Origin: a virus
Taxonomy: Duplodnaviria; Heunggongvirae; Uroviricota; Caudoviricetes
DNA: 18,357 nucleotides
Virus record (IMG/VR): IMGVR_UViG_2597489893_000006
Location: 1 to 18,357 of that record
Strand: one strand, 5' to 3'
Below, one piece after another: positions 17,379 to 18,357 of the stretch; position 1 is the first letter of the stretch, and each line of letters starts with the position of its first letter. The position numbers were made by a program, and so were the translations under genes. The notes below the pieces were generated by a model that saw nothing but the letters and a program-made list of their open reading frames with translations, was not told where the DNA came from and ran no database searches.

Positions 17379-18356
17379 TCAGCGAACGTAAATAGTGCCG
17401 CCGTTCTCTTTTTCCCATGCATCGCTACGTGCATAGCAAACATCGAGAAGTCTTCTTGCCGCAGTTTCCTCTAAACCCAATTCGACAACCAACTGCTCAT
17501 GACGGCGGGTAACCACATCAAACAGGGTATGCAGCCCTTTAGTTGCCAGATCATCAATGAATTCCGGTTCGAACGGCAGCTCTGCATCTGCCAACATAAC
17601 CTCTTGCGCCCACTCAACTCGACGGACCAATTCCGGGCGGCGGCTTTCCATCTCTTTACAGATCAATTCATGGAAGAACTCTACCCAACCTTCCGGCTGA
17701 AACTCGCGGAAAATTGCCAACGGCTGGAAGTTTGGCATCAACCATTCGTTGATTCGGATATCAATGGCATAGCCCATGTCGCAGCAGAACTGATAAGCAA
17801 AGTCCAGCTTAGAAACGATATAAGGACGCTCGTTATTGAACTCTTTAGGCGATGAGATCCCATAAGCCAGGAGGCGCGGGAAGAAGGAGATTTGCCCTAA
17901 CGTCGGATGAAGTTTGCTTGCAGGGAAACGGCGCTCAGTAATGCCATACATTTCCTTCTTGAGCGTCGCAAATTTGGCATTCTCATTAACCAGCGCGGTA
18001 ACCTCTGCTTTTTTATTAGCAAATGCCACGCGCGCCTCGCTTGCATCTTTAATAGTTTTTTTGAGCTGTTGGTTAAGGTCGGCGACCTGCTTACGCAGTT
18101 CCTGTCGCTCGCTTTTAGCTTTGTTATAGCGTTTCTCAAGGTTAAAAGGATCAAGTTTCATGATCTCTTTATATTGAGATTTTAGCGTTGAAATCTGTGA
18201 GTTCCGCAGTTCAACCATCGCGGTCATTTCATTGAGTTTTGTTTCCAGCTCAATGCTTATACGTTCGGCATTATCAGCACGCTGGTTGGAGTCATGCGTC
18301 GCATCGTCGATCGCGTCCTGTTGCTGGTGACCTGCCCCCACGATTAGATACAACAC
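17379..18356 (-). CDS. Hypothetical protein with predicted coiled-coil region and C-terminal globular domain; 5' end beyond the window
   Basis: Open frame with no stop up to the window edge. About 100 residues of heptad-like Lys/Glu/Leu-rich sequence (ELETKLNEMTAMVELRNSQISTLKSQYKE...KQVADLNQQLKK...) are followed by a mixed hydrophobic/aromatic domain; no recognised catalytic motif. Confidence 0.55.
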   Translation of the reverse strand: MLYLIVGAGHQQQDAIDDATHDSNQRADNAERISIELETKLNEMTAMVELRNSQISTLKSQYKEIMKLDPFNLEKRYNKAKSERQELRKQVADLNQQLKKTIKDASEARVAFANKKAEVTALVNENAKFATLKKEMYGITERRFPASKLHPTLGQISFFPRLLAYGISSPKEFNNERPYIVSKLDFAYQFCCDMGYAIDIRINEWLMPNFQPLAIFREFQPEGWVEFFHELICKEMESRRPELVRRVEWAQEVMLADAELPFEPEFIDDLATKGLHTLFDVVTRRHEQLVVELGLEETAARRLLDVCYARSDAWEKENGGTIYVR

Positions 18357-18357
18357 T

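Noticed and set aside
17125-18185. Plus-strand and nested ORFs overlapping the HAD-like and coiled-coil genes
   Set aside because: They are antisense to or nested in longer co-oriented ORFs with ribosome-binding-site and terminator support.
1-18357. CRISPR arrays, tRNA or rRNA genes, integron or attachment-site signatures
   Set aside because: No regularly spaced direct repeats, no tRNA-like cloverleaf regions and no rRNA-like segments were seen. The only tandem repeat is the 12-bp hsdS coding repeat, and the only terminal inverted repeats belong to IS903.

Overview
This window is the immunity/recombination/packaging core of a P1-family phage-plasmid, read in reverse orientation relative to gene direction for most backbone genes. 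Recognised by direct reading of the ORF translations and DNA motifs: a Ref-like HNH nuclease, Cre recombinase with a canonical 34-bp loxP 435 bp upstream, divergent coi-c1 immunity genes with several C1-operator-like 17-mers, pacB-pacA terminase genes with the GATC-hexamer pac site inside pacA, lpa, and the phd-doc toxin-antitoxin pair followed by two co-oriented genes. Inserted to the right of phd is a Type IC (EcoR124-like) restriction-modification cassette, hsdM-hsdS-hsdR. Its hsdM is split by a complete IS903 (1057 bp, 18-bp terminal inverted repeats, perfect 9-bp target duplication GCGCTGAAC), so the system is predicted inactive but revertible. hsdS carries two copies of the 12-bp TAEL-encoding repeat and target-recognition domains I do not recognise. 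Candidates for less-described biology are: a separately terminated coiled-coil protein plus HAD-like (DxDGT) phosphatase pair right of the cassette; a 28-aa hydrophobic ORF lying antisense in the hsdR 3' region next to a C1 operator; a doc-coupled HTH protein plus a 347-aa Cys/His-rich protein; a terminator-like hairpin 5 nt upstream of the ref ATG; and a possible small RNA unit at 605-706. No tRNA, rRNA or CRISPR array was seen. All identifications are from memory-based reading of the sequence; no database search was run.
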